A DNA stretch of 64,000 nucleotides, taken from the NCBI GenBank assembly GCA_902634795.1, contig CACPLK010000001.1:28058-92057 (forward strand), read 5' to 3'. The notes under the pieces were generated by a model. That model searched no databases. It was given only the letters and a program-made list of their open reading frames with translations, and was not told the DNA's origin. Every line of letters begins with the position of its first letter. Positions within the stretch are counted from its first letter, which is position 1. Both the position numbers and the translations under genes were made by a program. The DNA is from an uncultured Prochlorococcus sp. GTDB lineage: Bacteria; Cyanobacteriota; Cyanobacteriia; PCC-6307; Cyanobiaceae. Of this stretch, positions 41,639-52,386 are shown in pieces.

Positions 41639-42553
41639 TTAACCCCTGCCCATAACCATGGTTCCAATACCTGCATCAGTGAAAACTTCTAATAGAAGTG
41701 CGTGAGGAGTTCTTCCATCAATGATATGGGCAGCATTTACGCCCTGGGCAAGAGAACGAATACAACACTCAACTTTTGGCCTCATGCCTGCTTTAACTAC
41801 CTCTTTATCGATTAATTCCCTAGCTTCAGATAGTCGTATCTTTTCTATTAAGGAAGAAGGGTCATTCTCATTCCGTAAAATACCAGGAGTATCTGTCAAC
41901 AGGATTAATTTTTCGGCACCTAGTGCTGCTGCGAGCTCCCCAGCAACAGTATCAGCATTGATATTGTGTGATCTACTATCAGAAGCGTTGGCTACACTAG
42001 AAATGACTGGGACGTAACCTCCTTCGAGAAGAGGGCTTAATATCTTTGTATTTACTTTTGCAACTTCTCCTACTAGACCGTGACTTCCACCTCCAAGTGT
42101 TCTTGCTTCAATAAGTCCGCCATCTATTCCACATAGTCCAACAGCCAAGCTTCCATGATTGTTGATTCCACTCACTATTTGTTTATTTACTCTTCCAGCA
42201 AGAACCATTTCTACGACATCCATGGTTTCTGTATCGGTAATACGTAAGCCATCAAGGAAAACTGGTTTAATGCCTAATTTTTTTAACCATTGGTTTATTT
42301 CAGGTCCCCCACCATGAACGACTACTATTTGTACGCCAACAGAAGAAAGAAGAGCTATATCTCTTAATACTGCATTCTGAAGCATTTTGTCAGCCATAGC
42401 TGAACCACCATATTTGATTACGATTCTTTTATTTGCAAAGCGCTGAATATAAGGCAACGCCTCACTTAAGATAGAAACCCTTATGGAATCTTTATCCGTA
42501 AAGGATTTATTAAAATTCTTATTGGAGTTAGGTTGTTGGTCTTCTTTATTCAT
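41639..42553 (-). CDS. argB: Acetylglutamate kinase
   Basis: [35 protein letters not shown]. Confidence 0.96.
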   Translation of the reverse strand: MNKEDQQPNSNKNFNKSFTDKDSIRVSILSEALPYIQRFANKRIVIKYGGSAMADKMLQNAVLRDIALLSSVGVQIVVVHGGGPEINQWLKKLGIKPVFLDGLRITDTETMDVVEMVLAGRVNKQIVSGINNHGSLAVGLCGIDGGLIEARTLGGGSHGLVGEVAKVNTKILSPLLEGGYVPVISSVANASDSRSHNINADTVAGELAAALGAEKLILLTDTPGILRNENDPSSLIEKIRLSEARELIDKEVVKAGMRPKVECCIRSLAQGVNAAHIIDGRTPHALLLEVFTDAGIGTMVMGRG

Positions 42554-43109
42554 TTTCTTGTGAACTGTCTTTTTGTTTTTGCGTAAGTAGGATTAAATCT
42601 ATTTCACCGGGCGTAGGACAAAATAATTCAGCACACAAACCCTTAGCAAAGAATCTTCCTAAACGTTCTTTTTGAGCATTCCATCTTTCTAAAGAAATAG
42701 CAGCCATTTCAAATCTCATTCGTATTCCATAATTACCATCTTTAACCAATTCTTCTATTTCTATAAGTTGAGGAGGACTGTCTATATCCCAAAGTTTTAA
42801 TACTCTTAGAGATGCTTCAAGTTGGCAAGATTGTCCATAGCGCCATCTCGTCACATCTTTAACTAGTTTTCCTAGCTCTTCAGGCGCTCTATCTCGCTCT
42901 GAGGCAAACTCAGATGCTAGAACTACTCTTAGAGCAGGCGGAACTTCAGTAGTTTTGAGTGATATACCTATCAGAAAAATAGGTACTCCATAAAAGAAAG
43001 TTGGAACACTCAGGTTTGTTGCATCAGTGAAATAGGCTATTAGACCAATTAAAGAGAGGGATGCTCCTCCGATAGTGATGAGGCTTGCAGGTGAAAAAAG
43101 TTTATTCAT
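42546..43109 (-). CDS. DUF2854-like thylakoid membrane protein
   Basis: Two TMs, [20 protein letters not shown]; start ATG 43109 preferred to avoid overlap with the divergent gene. Confidence 0.7.
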   Translation of the reverse strand: MNKLFSPASLITIGGASLSLIGLIAYFTDATNLSVPTFFYGVPIFLIGISLKTTEVPPALRVVLASEFASERDRAPEELGKLVKDVTRWRYGQSCQLEASLRVLKLWDIDSPPQLIEIEELVKDGNYGIRMRFEMAAISLERWNAQKERLGRFFAKGLCAELFCPTPGEIDLILLTQKQKDSSQENE

Positions 43110-43161
43110 GAGTGTATTTTGGCTAAAATCTGAGGAAGATGGGTTTTCAGGAGACAGGCTC

Positions 43162-43353
43162 ATGGCCTCACACCAAAAACAATTTTCTGAGTTAACTGAA
43201 CTTGTTAAAAAACTAAACAAGAATAGAGCTTGGATCCTTGAACAATTAGATAAAGGTAGCTGGCCTGAATTTAGACCTGACCTGGCTGCGTTGGAGAGAG
43301 AATTAGGTCAACTCCTAACAAGGGCTTCAGAATACATTGAAGAAAATAGTTGA
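43162..43353 (+). CDS. Small conserved hypothetical helical protein
   Basis: RAWIL.QLD.G.WPE.R.DLAALERELGQLL; start ATG 43162 preferred. Confidence 0.65.
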   Translation: MASHQKQFSELTELVKKLNKNRAWILEQLDKGSWPEFRPDLAALERELGQLLTRASEYIEENS

Positions 43354-43357
43354 TTTT

Positions 43358-43795
43358 TCAGAATGGAATGTCATCCGTATCAGGTACTAATGGTGAGCTG
43401 TCCCATCTGACACCCTCGTTATTTGATGAATTTGTGGAATCGCTTGTTAGGTTTGACTGAGTTTTAGAAGATATTGATGAAACTGATGTGTTAGCAGAAA
43501 AGGGGTGAATTCTAGAAAGAGTAAATTCCGCTTGCTTTTCTTTGGTTCCATCCTGCCTTGGAACAGTATTCATTCTTAAGCGACCTTCTATTACTAATTT
43601 AGAATTGACTTTAACTGTGTTTTGAAGTTCTTCTGCTAATTTTCCCCAACCAACTACCTTAATTGCGCTGGGAGGATCATCAGTACGTAGGCTCTCAAAT
43701 TCAACTTCTATTTCAGCTAGTGGAGTTTTGTTGTCTTGGGTGAAACGAACTGTTGGGGCCTTCTTTACTAAAACCTCAAGTATGCAATGGTTCAT
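43358..43795 (-). CDS. ssb: Single-stranded DNA-binding family protein
   Basis: OB-fold RFT.D, WG.LAE, IEGRL; acidic C-terminal DDIPF tail. Confidence 0.85.
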   Translation of the reverse strand: MNHCILEVLVKKAPTVRFTQDNKTPLAEIEVEFESLRTDDPPSAIKVVGWGKLAEELQNTVKVNSKLVIEGRLRMNTVPRQDGTKEKQAEFTLSRIHPFSANTSVSSISSKTQSNLTSDSTNSSNNEGVRWDSSPLVPDTDDIPF

Positions 43796-43824
43796 TTTTT
43801 CTTTAGTTATTGTGGTTTATCTTG

Positions 43825-44634
43825 ATGGATATAAGGGAAAAATGCCAGCCACATCTTTGGTTGTTAACAGGAACAGGTGAAGGTCATGTCTTCGCTGAGT
43901 CTTTATTGAATGAAGGCTGGAACATTACAGTAAGTGTTGTTTCAGGTAGAGCCTCAATTCCATATGAAAAATTAAATTTAGAGAAAATATTAATTGGTGC
44001 CTTAATTACTGAGGAAGAGATCCGGGATATCATTCTAAATGAAAGAATCCATCAAAATGGATTTCATTGTGTTGTTGATTTGACTCATCCATTCGCTATA
44101 AAAATTACACGGTCAATTTCAAAAATTTGTAAGGAACTAGGTCAACCATATATAAGGTATGAAAGAGTTATAGATAATATTTCAAATGCATTTCTAATTC
44201 AAAAATTTAGTGATTTAGAAAATTATGATTTAAAGAATAAATCTATTTTACTGGCTGTGGGAGTAAGACATCTTGAGGAAGCCTTGATTTCTGTAAGAAA
44301 TTCAGAGGCAAATGTTTATGCAAGAGTCTTAGCTAATCCAGAAAGTATAAGAAAAACTTTATCTTCATCAATTCAAAAAACAAATTTTGCGGTACTAAAC
44401 CCTTCAGCCAATAGTAATGGTGAAATTGAAAAAGCACTTATTAGGAAATGGAATATTGCTGGTATAATTTGTAGGCAATCAGGGGGGAGAAATGAAATCT
44501 TATGGCACCACATTTGTATAAGTATGGGCATCAAACTTTGGTTATTGGAAAGACCTTCTGAACTTAAGAATATTAATTCAGTAGATAGTTATCAAAAATT
44601 AATTAAAAGATTAGAATCTATTAGTATGGAATAA
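43825..44634 (+). CDS. cobK: Precorrin-6A reductase
   Basis: GTGEG, VDLTHPFA, RYER, CRQSGG, RP; start ATG 43825 preferred. Confidence 0.85.
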   Translation: MDIREKCQPHLWLLTGTGEGHVFAESLLNEGWNITVSVVSGRASIPYEKLNLEKILIGALITEEEIRDIILNERIHQNGFHCVVDLTHPFAIKITRSISKICKELGQPYIRYERVIDNISNAFLIQKFSDLENYDLKNKSILLAVGVRHLEEALISVRNSEANVYARVLANPESIRKTLSSSIQKTNFAVLNPSANSNGEIEKALIRKWNIAGIICRQSGGRNEILWHHICISMGIKLWLLERPSELKNINSVDSYQKLIKRLESISME

Positions 44635-44648
44635 AAATTATAAAGATC

Positions 44649-44972
44649 ATGACATTATCTGATTTTAATCAAGAAATTTATATTGTTATAACTACTGAAA
44701 TCGATGAAAAAAATGCATTCAAATTAGCTGATTTACTCTTAAGAGATAAATTAATACCTTGCGTATCTTTTAAAAAAATTGAATCACATTTCTGGTGGAA
44801 AGGAAATATAAATCAATCTAAAGAAGTACAATTAATCATCAAGTGTAAGAAAGAAAATATAAAAAATGTTTGTAATAAGATTGCTGAGTGGCATAGCTAT
44901 GAAGTACCTGAAATAATTTATTTCCGAGTTTCAACTAGTAAAAATTACTATCATTGGGTAAATTCTACTTAA
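44649..44972 (+). CDS. cutA: Divalent-cation tolerance protein CutA
   Basis: S.FWW.G.I....E..LIIK, HSYEVPEII, YY.W. Confidence 0.9.
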   Translation: MTLSDFNQEIYIVITTEIDEKNAFKLADLLLRDKLIPCVSFKKIESHFWWKGNINQSKEVQLIIKCKKENIKNVCNKIAEWHSYEVPEIIYFRVSTSKNYYHWVNST

Positions 44973-44982
44973 GCTTTAAGAC

Positions 44983-45990
44983 TTAGGTTTCTAAATGTGA
45001 ATTGATCAAATTTAAAAGATCAGTATTGGAACGAGATCCTAATTGTGTAACTATATGTCCTGCACAAATAGAGCCGATTTTTGCAGATAATTCAGGCTTT
45101 AAGCCATCTGCTAGCCCTTTTAAAAAACCCCCAGCATAAAGATCTCCTGCTCCTGTGGTATCAATAGCCTTTCCAAAAATGAAAGGATCTATTTTTATTT
45201 CTTTGCCATTTGAGATTAGAATTGACCCTTTATCTCCAAGTGTGATTGCCGCAAGATCACATTTCTTTTTCAATTCTTCAAGTGCTGTGTTTAGAGAAGA
45301 GGTTTTATACAAAGTTCTTATTTCATCTTCATTAGCAAATAATATATCTATATGATCCTCAACTAGTTTAACAAAGCTTTCGCAGTGTCTACTTACACAA
45401 AATGAATCAGAAAGGGATAAAGCAACTTTTCGACCTGCATCTTTAGCTATTTCAGAAGCTTTAATAAATGCATTTTTAGCTGATGGGTTGTCCCATAGGT
45501 ATCCCTCTAAATAAAGTATTTTTGCTTCCCTGACCGCTGAGAGGTCGATATCCTTAGGCTCTATGAGAACTGAAGCGCCCAGATAAGTGCACATTGTCCT
45601 CTGAGCATCAGGAGTGACAAAAATTAGGCATCTGGCAGTCGAGGGGCCAACGGATGATGGCGGAGTTTTGAAAATGGTTCCCGTCGTTGATATTTCCTCA
45701 GTAAAGATTTCTCCTAGCTTGTCATCTCTTACCCTTCCAACAAAGGCTGCCTTCCCCCCTAACTGTGCTACACATGCTAATGAGTTAGCAACAGAACCCC
45801 CTGACCTCTGAATTCTGTTAGTAGTCATTTCATAAAGTTCTTTAGCTTTGTTTTCATCAATTAAGGTCATTGAACCTTTGTTGAAAGATAGTCTTTCTAA
45901 TAGAGAATCATCTACTTTTGTTAATACGTCTACAATCGCATTGCCAATACCTACTATGTCAATTGAAGGACTATTTGTCTTGTTAATCAT
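44983..45990 (-). CDS. PfkB family (adenosine kinase-like) kinase
   Basis: GNAIVD, GGSVAN, RTMCTYLGA, ANEDE, DTTGAGD. Confidence 0.88.
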   Translation of the reverse strand: MINKTNSPSIDIVGIGNAIVDVLTKVDDSLLERLSFNKGSMTLIDENKAKELYEMTTNRIQRSGGSVANSLACVAQLGGKAAFVGRVRDDKLGEIFTEEISTTGTIFKTPPSSVGPSTARCLIFVTPDAQRTMCTYLGASVLIEPKDIDLSAVREAKILYLEGYLWDNPSAKNAFIKASEIAKDAGRKVALSLSDSFCVSRHCESFVKLVEDHIDILFANEDEIRTLYKTSSLNTALEELKKKCDLAAITLGDKGSILISNGKEIKIDPFIFGKAIDTTGAGDLYAGGFLKGLADGLKPELSAKIGSICAGHIVTQLGSRSNTDLLNLINSHLET

Positions 45991-46031
45991 TAAGTTAATT
46001 TGAAAACCATAAAAGCATAATTGTTCGTATT

Positions 46032-47375
<1,344 letters not shown>

Positions 47376-47440
47376 TTAAGAAGAAATAAGATTTGCAGAT
47401 AGCCCTACCCTGAGTCAAAGAAATGAATTAAAGATTATCT

Positions 47441-47875
47441 TTAATTATCTCTAACTGCCAATTTCTCTGCTTTAGATAGTTCTTTGTTTAATCTCTCTTT
47501 TAGATCTTCGGGAACTGGTCTGTTTGCAAAAGTTTTGTAATGACCTGATAAAGAATTTAAGGCAGTCTGCATGGTTGTAAAGGTCGTGGAAGTATTTACT
47601 TGAGATCGATTTCTATATCTTGAAATGTAATCGCTTATTAGAAAAACAGCTTCTTTTTCTGCCTCTGATAACCCTTTATCTTCTTTCGGTAAAGTTATGG
47701 TCTCTTTTAAGGCTGCAGAGACTGCAATTGTGTCTTTTGCAAAATCTCCAGTCATTAGTGTTTTGGCTGCATTCACTTCTGAAGCAAATTGGAAAAATAT
47801 GAGGCATAAGCCAAGGCATATAGCCAAAGCTGCCCTCACCAACCTGATGGAGAGGTGATGAAAGGCAGAAATCAT
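47441..47875 (-). CDS. psb27: Photosystem II assembly protein Psb27
   Basis: TGDF..DT, ISDYISRYR, FTTMQTALNSL.GHY, P.PE.LK.RL..E; start ATG 47875 preferred. Confidence 0.9.
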   Translation of the reverse strand: MISAFHHLSIRLVRAALAICLGLCLIFFQFASEVNAAKTLMTGDFAKDTIAVSAALKETITLPKEDKGLSEAEKEAVFLISDYISRYRNRSQVNTSTTFTTMQTALNSLSGHYKTFANRPVPEDLKERLNKELSKAEKLAVRDN

Positions 47876-47921
47876 GTGTTTTTTGCAGTTACACATGACT
47901 CTAGAGTCCTTTGGGCTCGAT

Positions 47922-49712
47922 TTATAGTTTTTCAGTATTAAATTCTTCAGAAAGTTTTTTAAAAACCAAGTTTAGATCTAATAATTCCGTAGTTTTTGTT
48001 TTTCTGTTATGTAATTCAACCAGTCCAGAACAAGCTTCTCTGCCAGCAACAATTCTCCATGGGATGCCAATAAGATCTGCGTCTTTAAACTTTATACCGG
48101 CTCTCTCATCCCTATCGTCAAGTAGAGCATCCACTCGATTTTTTATTAGTTTTAAATAGATATCTTCAGCTAAACTTTTTTGTTCATTATTTTTTATGTT
48201 GGCAATAATAATAATTACTTGAAATGGGGCAATTGATACTGGCCAAACAATCCCTGAATCATCATGATTTTGTTCTACTGCCGCTTGCGCTAATCTAGAA
48301 ATACCAATTCCATAGCACCCCATCCAAAAGTGGTCCTCGATACCTTTATCGTTGGTAAAAGTAGCATTTAATGATTTTGAATACTTATTTCCTAATTGAA
48401 ATATATGTCCTATTTCTATACCTCTACACTCTTGAAGCTTTTGTGTTTTATCGTGAATGCACCTATCTCCAGGCTTAGCTTTTCTAATATCGCATATCAG
48501 CTGCTGAGTATTAATTGAACTCCAGTTACAAAATATTTTGTGTTCGTCTTTGAGATTGTTTCCGCATATAAAACTTTTTAGATCTTTAACAGAATTGTCC
48601 GCAATTCTTATGAATTTTTTTTCCCATACTTTTGCTTTTGATAGTGAATTATCGCTAAGATCAGGACCTATAAAGCCAAATGGAATATCGGTGATACCTT
48701 GCTTTTGTATATCTTCATTAGAAATTATTCTAATATCCAGTATATTTTGTTTTAATTTATGAGATATTTCATTTGAAAGTTTAATATCATTTATTTCCTG
48801 GTCACCCCTAATACTAACTAACACTGGGTATTTTTTATTATTATCACAAGTTGCTAGATAAGCTAATACTTTTACAATTTGACTCGGGTGAAAATTGTTG
48901 TAGTTACATAATTCCTCTATAGTTTTTTGATTAGGGGTCTTAATTATTGAAGGTTTATTAAGCTCTAATAATTCTCCTTCTTCGATAATGGAAACAGCTT
49001 TTTCTTGATTAGCCCCATATTTACCATCAGAACTTATTAAAATTAGGTCTTCACCCGATTCAGCTGTGACCATGAATTCTTGAGATGCTGCACCTCCAAT
49101 AGCTCCGCTATCCGCTTCGACACAAACAAAATTTAGACCACACTTTCTAAATATATTTTGATAGGCATTTCTCATCTCTGAATATGTTAATTGAAGATCA
49201 TTTTCATCTGCATGAAATGAATAAGCATCCTTCATGATGAATTCTCTACTTCTCATTAATCCAAACCTTGGTCTTATTTCATCTCTAAATTTTGTTTGAA
49301 TTTGGAATATATTTACTGGTAATTGTTTGTAAGAGTGAATAGTTTGTGAAATTATTTGAGTAATTACTTCTTCATGAGTTGGACCCAATCCTAATTCTTT
49401 ACCGTGTCTATCTTTTAGGCTAAACATAATACCTTCTCCTTCTGTATATGATTTCCACCTCCCACTTCTTTCCCATATTTCTGAAGGTTGAAGTTGAGGG
49501 AGAAGAGTTTGGAGGCAACCTTTTGTTGCTAACTCTTCTTCAACAATAAGGGTTATTTTTTTTAGGACCTTCCAAAGCAATGGCATATAAGCATAAATAC
49601 CACCAGTTAGGCGTTTAATAAAACCTCCTCTTAGAAGTAACTGATGTGAAACTATATCGGCTTCCGCAGGGACGTCTCTTAGAGTGATCAGCATTAGGCG
49701 GGAGACGCGCAT
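47922..49712 (-). CDS. proS: Proline--tRNA ligase
   Basis: LGPTHEE, KFRDEIRPRFGLMR.REF, GIEIGHIF, MGCYGIG. Confidence 0.97.
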   Translation of the reverse strand: MRVSRLMLITLRDVPAEADIVSHQLLLRGGFIKRLTGGIYAYMPLLWKVLKKITLIVEEELATKGCLQTLLPQLQPSEIWERSGRWKSYTEGEGIMFSLKDRHGKELGLGPTHEEVITQIISQTIHSYKQLPVNIFQIQTKFRDEIRPRFGLMRSREFIMKDAYSFHADENDLQLTYSEMRNAYQNIFRKCGLNFVCVEADSGAIGGAASQEFMVTAESGEDLILISSDGKYGANQEKAVSIIEEGELLELNKPSIIKTPNQKTIEELCNYNNFHPSQIVKVLAYLATCDNNKKYPVLVSIRGDQEINDIKLSNEISHKLKQNILDIRIISNEDIQKQGITDIPFGFIGPDLSDNSLSKAKVWEKKFIRIADNSVKDLKSFICGNNLKDEHKIFCNWSSINTQQLICDIRKAKPGDRCIHDKTQKLQECRGIEIGHIFQLGNKYSKSLNATFTNDKGIEDHFWMGCYGIGISRLAQAAVEQNHDDSGIVWPVSIAPFQVIIIIANIKNNEQKSLAEDIYLKLIKNRVDALLDDRDERAGIKFKDADLIGIPWRIVAGREACSGLVELHNRKTKTTELLDLNLVFKKLSEEFNTEKL

Positions 49713-49871
49713 GAGCCTAAAATGTAAATCCTTATGAGATTAGTACTTTGAGTGTTGGCAGTAAGAATATCCATATTGATTGTGCGGGAATCATGTTGTT
49801 TTTTTAAAGTGTCCAAATGTACATGGTCTTAATTTGATTCATCTGCTAGCTTCTTTCACATATTTTTCTAG

Positions 49872-50348
49872 ATGCTTTCTTTAGCAATGTTTAACGGGTC
49901 AGTAAATTCAGGAGCAAATGGAAGATCAGAAGAGTCTTTAGATAAAGGATTTAATACAGCTTCAAATTCAAGTGATTCATTATTGACTATTGACGAAGTT
50001 CAAAAAACTTTGAATAGATCTAGAGCTTCAGTATACAGATATACAAATACTGATACAAGAAATCTCAATCCACCATTCAATCCTAAAAAACTAAACACAG
50101 AATTTAGAAGTGATCAAAAAGATCAATTACTTTTTCATCCCAACGAAGTTGCAAGATTTGCAAAAGATATACTAAGAATTAAGGAGGTAACTGTAGAAAT
50201 ATTTAATTCTCCGTCATCTGAAACTCAAAACATTCTAAAAGCAATATTGGAAGAGTTGAGAATCATTAGATATAAACTTGATGGGGAATCTGATGAGAAT
50301 AAAACTATTCCTAATCATTTAAAAGATGCTGAAAGAAAGGCTGCATAG
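49872..50348 (+). CDS. Conserved cyanobacterial excisionase/AlpA-like HTH protein
   Basis: LLTIDEVQKTLNRSRASVYRY HTH; short C-terminal amphipathic helix ILKAILEELRIIR. Confidence 0.7.
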   Translation: MLSLAMFNGSVNSGANGRSEESLDKGFNTASNSSDSLLTIDEVQKTLNRSRASVYRYTNTDTRNLNPPFNPKKLNTEFRSDQKDQLLFHPNEVARFAKDILRIKEVTVEIFNSPSSETQNILKAILEELRIIRYKLDGESDENKTIPNHLKDAERKAA

Positions 50349-50449
50349 TTTTTCTTAAATGTGGGATAATATCTATGTAACTAGGTTAATTAGGTATTTT
50401 AATTGATTTTTTTGAATTCGACTAACGGTTTATCTAACCCAAAACATAC

Positions 50450-50698
50450 ATGGATTTAGAACCACATTTAATTAAAAAGCAATCTTCTGAGATTGATTCT
50501 CCTTTGTTTGATAAAGAAAGAGATCAACTATCTTCCGATGATGAAGATCCTTACAGTTTAAATAGTACCTCAACTTCTTTAATTGGTTTAGCAATAGTAT
50601 TTGTGATGATTGGAACACCTTTATTAGCTGTCATTAGTGAAAGGCCAGAAACAACAAAAAGCATACCGACTTCAATAACTCAAAATGGACCTGAGTGA
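50450..50698 (+). CDS. Small single-TM hypothetical protein
   Basis: Acidic N-terminus, TM LIGLAIVFVMIGTPLLAVI; overlaps ppa2 start. Confidence 0.6.
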   Translation: MDLEPHLIKKQSSEIDSPLFDKERDQLSSDDEDPYSLNSTSTSLIGLAIVFVMIGTPLLAVISERPETTKSIPTSITQNGPE

Positions 50699-51212
50699 TC
50701 TTCCTCCTTCACCATCGCCTGGATTAGTAAATCTAGTTGTTGAGATTCCAGCTGGCAGTAGAAATAAATACGAATATTTCAGCTCTGCAGGAATTATGGC
50801 TCTTGATAGAGTTTTGCATTCTTCAGTTAGATATCCCTTTGATTATGGATTTATTCCAAATACTCTTGCTGAAGATGGAGCACCGCTTGATGCCATGGTT
50901 GTCATGGAAGAACCGACTTTTGCAGGTTGTTTGATCCAGGCAAGACCTATAGGAGTTCTTGATATGCATGATTCAGGGGCCTATGATGGCAAACTTTTAT
51001 GCGTACCCACTGCAGATCCAAGACAAAGAGAAATTAATACTATTAAGCAAATAGCTCAGAATCAATTGGAGGATGTAGCTGAGTTTTTTAGAACCTACAA
51101 AAGTTTGGAAGGAAGGGTAATCGTAATAGACGGATGGAGAGACTACGATGCTGTTGATGAATTATTAAAAAGCTGCATAGAGGCACATCATTCTGATATG
51201 ACACGAAAATAA
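50685..51212 (+). CDS. ppa: Soluble inorganic pyrophosphatase, family I (copy 2; DGAPLD variant)
   Basis: VEIP.GS.NKYE, LDR, YGFIPNT, DGAPLD, FF.TYK. Confidence 0.85.
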   Translation: MDLSDLPPSPSPGLVNLVVEIPAGSRNKYEYFSSAGIMALDRVLHSSVRYPFDYGFIPNTLAEDGAPLDAMVVMEEPTFAGCLIQARPIGVLDMHDSGAYDGKLLCVPTADPRQREINTIKQIAQNQLEDVAEFFRTYKSLEGRVIVIDGWRDYDAVDELLKSCIEAHHSDMTRK

Positions 51213-51264
51213 CTATTTTAATCTAACTTTTTTGGATAATATAATTGTTTATATGCTTTAAAAC

Positions 51265-51612
51265 ATGAAATTATTTAGTTACTCCTCTTGCTCAACTTGT
51301 CGTAGAGCGATTAAGTGGCTTGAAAATCATGATATTGCCTTTGAATTAATTGATCTTTTAAAATCCCCCCCCTCCAAGGAAATGCTTATCTCAGCTAGTG
51401 AGCTATATGGGGATAGAAAATATCTTTTAAATACTAGTGGGATTGTATATCGTTCTATTGGTTCGGATATTGTCAAAAAAATGACTGATAACGAATTGTT
51501 TGAGCAACTTTTTATGGAACCTAGATTAATAAAAAGACCTTTTTTATATAAATCTAGTAAATGCTTTTTAGTTGGATTTAAAGAAGAAAAGTGGGCAGAA
51601 AAATTACTTTGA
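51265..51612 (+). CDS. ArsC/Spx/MgsR family protein
   Basis: CSTCRRA (CxxC), NTSG..YR, LIKRP, VGF. Confidence 0.82.
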   Translation: MKLFSYSSCSTCRRAIKWLENHDIAFELIDLLKSPPSKEMLISASELYGDRKYLLNTSGIVYRSIGSDIVKKMTDNELFEQLFMEPRLIKRPFLYKSSKCFLVGFKEEKWAEKLL

Positions 51613-51693
51613 AATTCACATTAGAACTTTTATTGACTTAAAATAAGTAGTCTTTCAAATAAAGTAAACTATATATTTATTATCGATAAAAAA

Positions 51694-52386
51694 GTGCAGC
51701 AACATCATTCAGACTCGAGTAAAGAAACTAAAAAATTTTGGTGGTACTCTTTCTTTGATACGTGGGGACCTATTTCTCTAACTATTCTGTTGTATGTAGG
51801 TATCCGTCATTTTATAGCAGAAGCTAGATATATACCCTCTGGTTCGATGCTGCCAGGCTTGAAAGTAAATGATCGACTAATTGTTGAAAAACTTTCCTTC
51901 CGTAAAAGGTCTCCTTTTCGAGGAGAAATTGTAGTTTTCAACTCACCATACTCTTTTGATAAGAAATTGATAGCTGATAGAAATAAGCAACTTCCGTCTA
52001 AATTTAGATGTTCATTAATAACTTTTCCATTAATTTCTTGGATACCTGGTTTATCAGATCGTGCTTGTGATGCTTATATCAAACGGGTAGTAGCTGTAGG
52101 AGGAGATAGTCTTTTAATTAATGGGAAGGGAGAGATTGTTTTGAACGGTAGATCAATTAACGAATCATATGTTGAATACTTTTGCCCAAGTAAATCTAAA
52201 TTTAATCTATGTCGCCCTATGACTAAAACTGTTCCAAAAGGACATGTATTCGTTTTGGGAGATAACCGTGCTAATAGTTGGGATAGTCGTTTTTGGCCAG
52301 CAGGAGGCTTCTTGCCCCAAAAAGAAATAATTGGTAAAGCCACCTGGCGTTTTTGGCCAATTAGTCGTTTTGGTAAGCCTGATTAA
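51694..52386 (+). CDS. lepB: Signal peptidase I
   Basis: IPSGSM (Ser), YIKR (Lys), GDNR.NS.DSR. Confidence 0.93.
   Translation: MQQHHSDSSKETKKFWWYSFFDTWGPISLTILLYVGIRHFIAEARYIPSGSMLPGLKVNDRLIVEKLSFRKRSPFRGEIVVFNSPYSFDKKLIADRNKQLPSKFRCSLITFPLISWIPGLSDRACDAYIKRVVAVGGDSLLINGKGEIVLNGRSINESYVEYFCPSKSKFNLCRPMTKTVPKGHVFVLGDNRANSWDSRFWPAGGFLPQKEIIGKATWRFWPISRFGKPD

Noticed and set aside
43075-43220. Long head-to-head overlap of the DUF2854-like gene and the small plus-strand ORF
   Set aside because: Disappears with downstream ATGs (43109 and 43162); likely an artefact of taking the longest ORF
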